In this document: positions 61,957-64,000 of the stretch, piece after piece
Layout of the letters: every line of letters begins with the position of its first letter
Position numbering within the stretch: the first letter of the stretch is position 1
Origin: a virus
Taxonomy: Duplodnaviria; Heunggongvirae; Uroviricota; Caudoviricetes
Virus record (IMG/VR): IMGVR_UViG_3300047320_000132
Coordinates: 67,101 to 131,100 of that record
Direction: 5' to 3' (one strand)
DNA: 64,000 bases
Position numbers and translations under genes: made by a program
Notes under the pieces: generated by a model
Databases searched by the model: none
The model's input: only the letters and a program-made list of their open reading frames with translations
What the model was told of the DNA's origin: nothing

Positions 61957-63579
61957 ATGTCTTTCAATTCCCTCTCTAACAATACCAACACCCGCACTCA
62001 AGCAAAGACTACGGTTCAGACCAAACCGGCTGGTAATGCTTCTGTCGCTCAAGTAAAGAACAACGCTGGCGGCTTTGTGTTTGAGGTAACGCCTCTGCAG
62101 AAGCTCGATCGTTTCCTGATCATCGGTACGAGCGGTGGTACGTTCTATCAGTCCGAGAAAGATATCACCAAGGCCAAGGTCGACGATATCGTCAAGTTGA
62201 TCCAAACGAATGGTAAGGTTGTGGTCGACCGTATCGTTGAGATCAGCCAGGCTGGTCGTGCCAAGAACAATGACTACGCGTTGCTTGCTATGGCGTTGGT
62301 CTTCACTCACGGTGACGTGGCTACGAAACTGTATGCCAAGGACAAAGTGAACCTCGTGGCTCGTACTGGCACACACTTTCTGCACTTCGTGAACTTCGCT
62401 TCCGGCCTTCGCGGATGGGGCCGTAGTCTTAAGAACGTTGCTCAAAAATGGTACTCGGATAAAACGGTAACAAATCTTGCGTATCAAGTCGTTAAGTACA
62501 AACAAAGAGACGGATGGTCGCACCGCGATGTTCTTAGACTCAGCCACGTAAAGCCTGGCGAAGACGTGGTTCGTCAAAACCTTTACAAGTACATCGTGAA
62601 GGGTCCGGAAGCGCTTGCTATAGGTGACCAGGTTCCTGAGCTTCTGATTGCAGTAGAAGAGGCTAAGACCTGCAACAAGAACAAGCTTGTACAGCTTATC
62701 GGCGAACACAGGCTTACGCATGAAATGGTCCCGAACGAAATGAAGTCGCATCCTGAAGTCTGGGAAGCACTCGTTCCGCATATGGGCCTGAATGCATTGG
62801 TTCGTAACCTGAACAAGCTGACGGCTGTTGGACTGATCAAGCCTTTCTCGGAAACGAGTAAGCTGGTCACGACCAAGCTTCTGGATGTGGAACAGCTTCG
62901 TAAGGAACGTCTGCATCCGATGTCGATTATCGTTGCTAAGAAGATCTACTCTCAAGGCAAGGGCGATAAGGGTTCGCTGGTTTGGACCCCGGACAATACC
63001 GTCAAGGATACGCTTGAAGCGGCGTTCTACCTTTCGTTCGACGCGGTGGAACCGTCTGGTAAGAATATTGTTCTGGCGCTTGACGTGTCAGGTTCAATGG
63101 GTTCGGCTATTCCGGGTGTTCCGCAGTTGACGTGTTGTGAAGGTGCTGCACTGATGGCTATGGTTTCGGCTCGTACGGAACCTTGGACTGAAGTGTTGGG
63201 CTTCGCTAAGACGTTCAAGCCGCTGAACATCACGAAGCACGATACGCTTGAATCGGCTACCACCAAGGCGCATGACTGGAACTTCGGTTCTACGAACTGT
63301 GCTTTGCCTGCTGAACATGCGCTTGCACACCGTTGGAACGTAGATGCGTTCTGTATCTATACGGACAACGAGACGTATGCTGGTAAACAGCACCCGTTTC
63401 AAGCAATGCAGAAGTATCGTCAGGGCATGAACAAGCCTGATGCAAAGCTGATCGTAGTCGGTATGGCAGTCAATGACTTCAGCATCGCAGATCCCAAGGA
63501 TCCGAACATGCTTGATGTTGTGGGCTTCGATACGCAGACGCCGCGTTTCATGTCTGAATTTATAGCTGGACGTATCTAA
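61957..63579 (+). CDS. rsr: Ro60/TROVE-domain protein (Rsr ortholog) with C-terminal vWA domain
   Basis: 540 aa. LQKLDRFLIIGTSGGTFYQSEKDI...IVKLIQTNGKVVVDRIVEISQAGRAKNNDYALLAMALVF aligns to the human Ro60 N-terminus (LHRFLCFGSEGGTYY...IRLIEDGRG...VIQEIKSFSQEGR...EPMLFALA). The C-terminal vWA MIDAS is VLALDVSGSMGS. Confidence 0.8.
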   Translation: MSFNSLSNNTNTRTQAKTTVQTKPAGNASVAQVKNNAGGFVFEVTPLQKLDRFLIIGTSGGTFYQSEKDITKAKVDDIVKLIQTNGKVVVDRIVEISQAGRAKNNDYALLAMALVFTHGDVATKLYAKDKVNLVARTGTHFLHFVNFASGLRGWGRSLKNVAQKWYSDKTVTNLAYQVVKYKQRDGWSHRDVLRLSHVKPGEDVVRQNLYKYIVKGPEALAIGDQVPELLIAVEEAKTCNKNKLVQLIGEHRLTHEMVPNEMKSHPEVWEALVPHMGLNALVRNLNKLTAVGLIKPFSETSKLVTTKLLDVEQLRKERLHPMSIIVAKKIYSQGKGDKGSLVWTPDNTVKDTLEAAFYLSFDAVEPSGKNIVLALDVSGSMGSAIPGVPQLTCCEGAALMAMVSARTEPWTEVLGFAKTFKPLNITKHDTLESATTKAHDWNFGSTNCALPAEHALAHRWNVDAFCIYTDNETYAGKQHPFQAMQKYRQGMNKPDAKLIVVGMAVNDFSIADPKDPNMLDVVGFDTQTPRFMSEFIAGRI

Positions 63580-63591
63580 CAAGGAGTCAAC

Positions 63592-63831
63592 GTGAGAGAA
63601 GAAGATTACGAATCGCTCAAGAAATTGAGCAGAGAAGAGTTTCAAGAGTATCTGAAGGCTCTTACGGTGACTCAGCAGTTAGAGCTGCTTGAGCTTGGCA
63701 TGAAAGACCTTGAGAAGTCTGTCGAGGCAGCATCTGAAAGTTTGCAAAAGAACTTCTCAAAGCAACTTGAACTTCAAGACTCTTCCCGGAAGGAAATGGA
63801 AGCGTTGCTCGTGAAGGTTATGGTTCGTTAA
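63592..63831 (+). CDS. hypothetical coiled-coil protein
   Basis: 79 aa. GTG start. Followed by a terminator. Confidence 0.35.
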   Translation: MREEDYESLKKLSREEFQEYLKALTVTQQLELLELGMKDLEKSVEAASESLQKNFSKQLELQDSSRKEMEALLVKVMVR

Positions 63832-63835
63832 ACAA

Positions 63836-63870
63836 AAAGGCCGGGGTTTCGACTCGGCTTTTTTTAGCCT
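63836..63870 (+). terminator. intrinsic terminator, same family as the one at 52452
   Basis: GGCCGGGGTTTCGACTCGGCT hairpin followed by TTTTTTTAG. Confidence 0.55.
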
Positions 63871-64000
63871 TGAAAAAAACTGGACAAATGAGGAATCACT
63901 GAAAGCCTTACTGGTATTGGGTTGCTGGTTACGTGTCCAATTTGTCCAATTTCACTTTGCACTATTGGACAGCCGCAAAGCCTTATCTGGCTTGAGTTCT

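Noticed and set aside
1-64000. CRISPR array or integrase / prophage boundary.
   Set aside because: No regularly spaced direct repeats with unique spacers. No tyrosine or serine recombinase motifs. The gene content is that of a lytic phage replication and metabolism region.

Overview
The window reads as a contiguous stretch of a large lytic dsDNA phage genome; no single system here can be called novel from sequence alone, and the strongest candidates are the phage-borne tRNA-repair and translation-rescue toolkit, a five-gene tandem paralog array, and a GC-rich AAA+ ATPase / SPFH lipoprotein island. Almost every credible gene is on the + strand. The exception is one HNH endonuclease on the - strand. 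The long - strand ORFs in the track look like antisense artefacts. I did not compute GC content, but most of the window looks AT-rich.

Main content:
- Replication: TOPRIM primase fused to an SF3 helicase; an HU-like protein; a family A DNA polymerase split into exonuclease and polymerase genes by a free-standing HNH endonuclease; RNase HI; a RuvC-like resolvase.
- Nucleotide metabolism: class I ribonucleotide reductase alpha and beta, a ThyX-like protein, a HAD-family deoxynucleotidase.
- NAD+ salvage: NadM-Nudix and NadV (Nampt), separated by a GIY-YIG endonuclease.
- tRNAs: about 22 genes in several clusters. These include an initiator-like tRNA with a C1-A72 mismatch, a tRNA with a CUA (amber suppressor) anticodon, and several with non-canonical D- and T-loops.
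- Homing endonucleases: seven in total (five HNH, two GIY-YIG).
- RNA repair and translation rescue, unusually dense: Hen1 next to Pnkp (kinase, phosphatase, ligase), a Thg1-like 3'-5' polymerase, a clear Pth2 plus a divergent second copy, a GGQ-motif release-factor-like protein, an S4-domain protein, a YqeY/GatB-like protein, and a Ro60/TROVE (Rsr) homolog.
- The Rsr gene is preceded by a structured noncoding region that ends in an intrinsic terminator, which is a candidate Y RNA.
- A tandem array of five short acidic paralogs with conserved ends and a hypervariable middle.
- A visibly GC-rich island encoding a large AAA+ ATPase, small proteins and an SPFH/band-7 lipoprotein.
- An iteron-rich inverted-repeat region (5.3-6.2 kb), with another copy cut off by the window end.
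- A recurring extended -10 promoter motif, TTGGTATAAG.
- A 1.4-kb noncoding stretch carrying five repeats with DnaA-box-like TTATCYACA cores and T-arm mimics.

All assignments come from motif recognition by eye. No searches were run.
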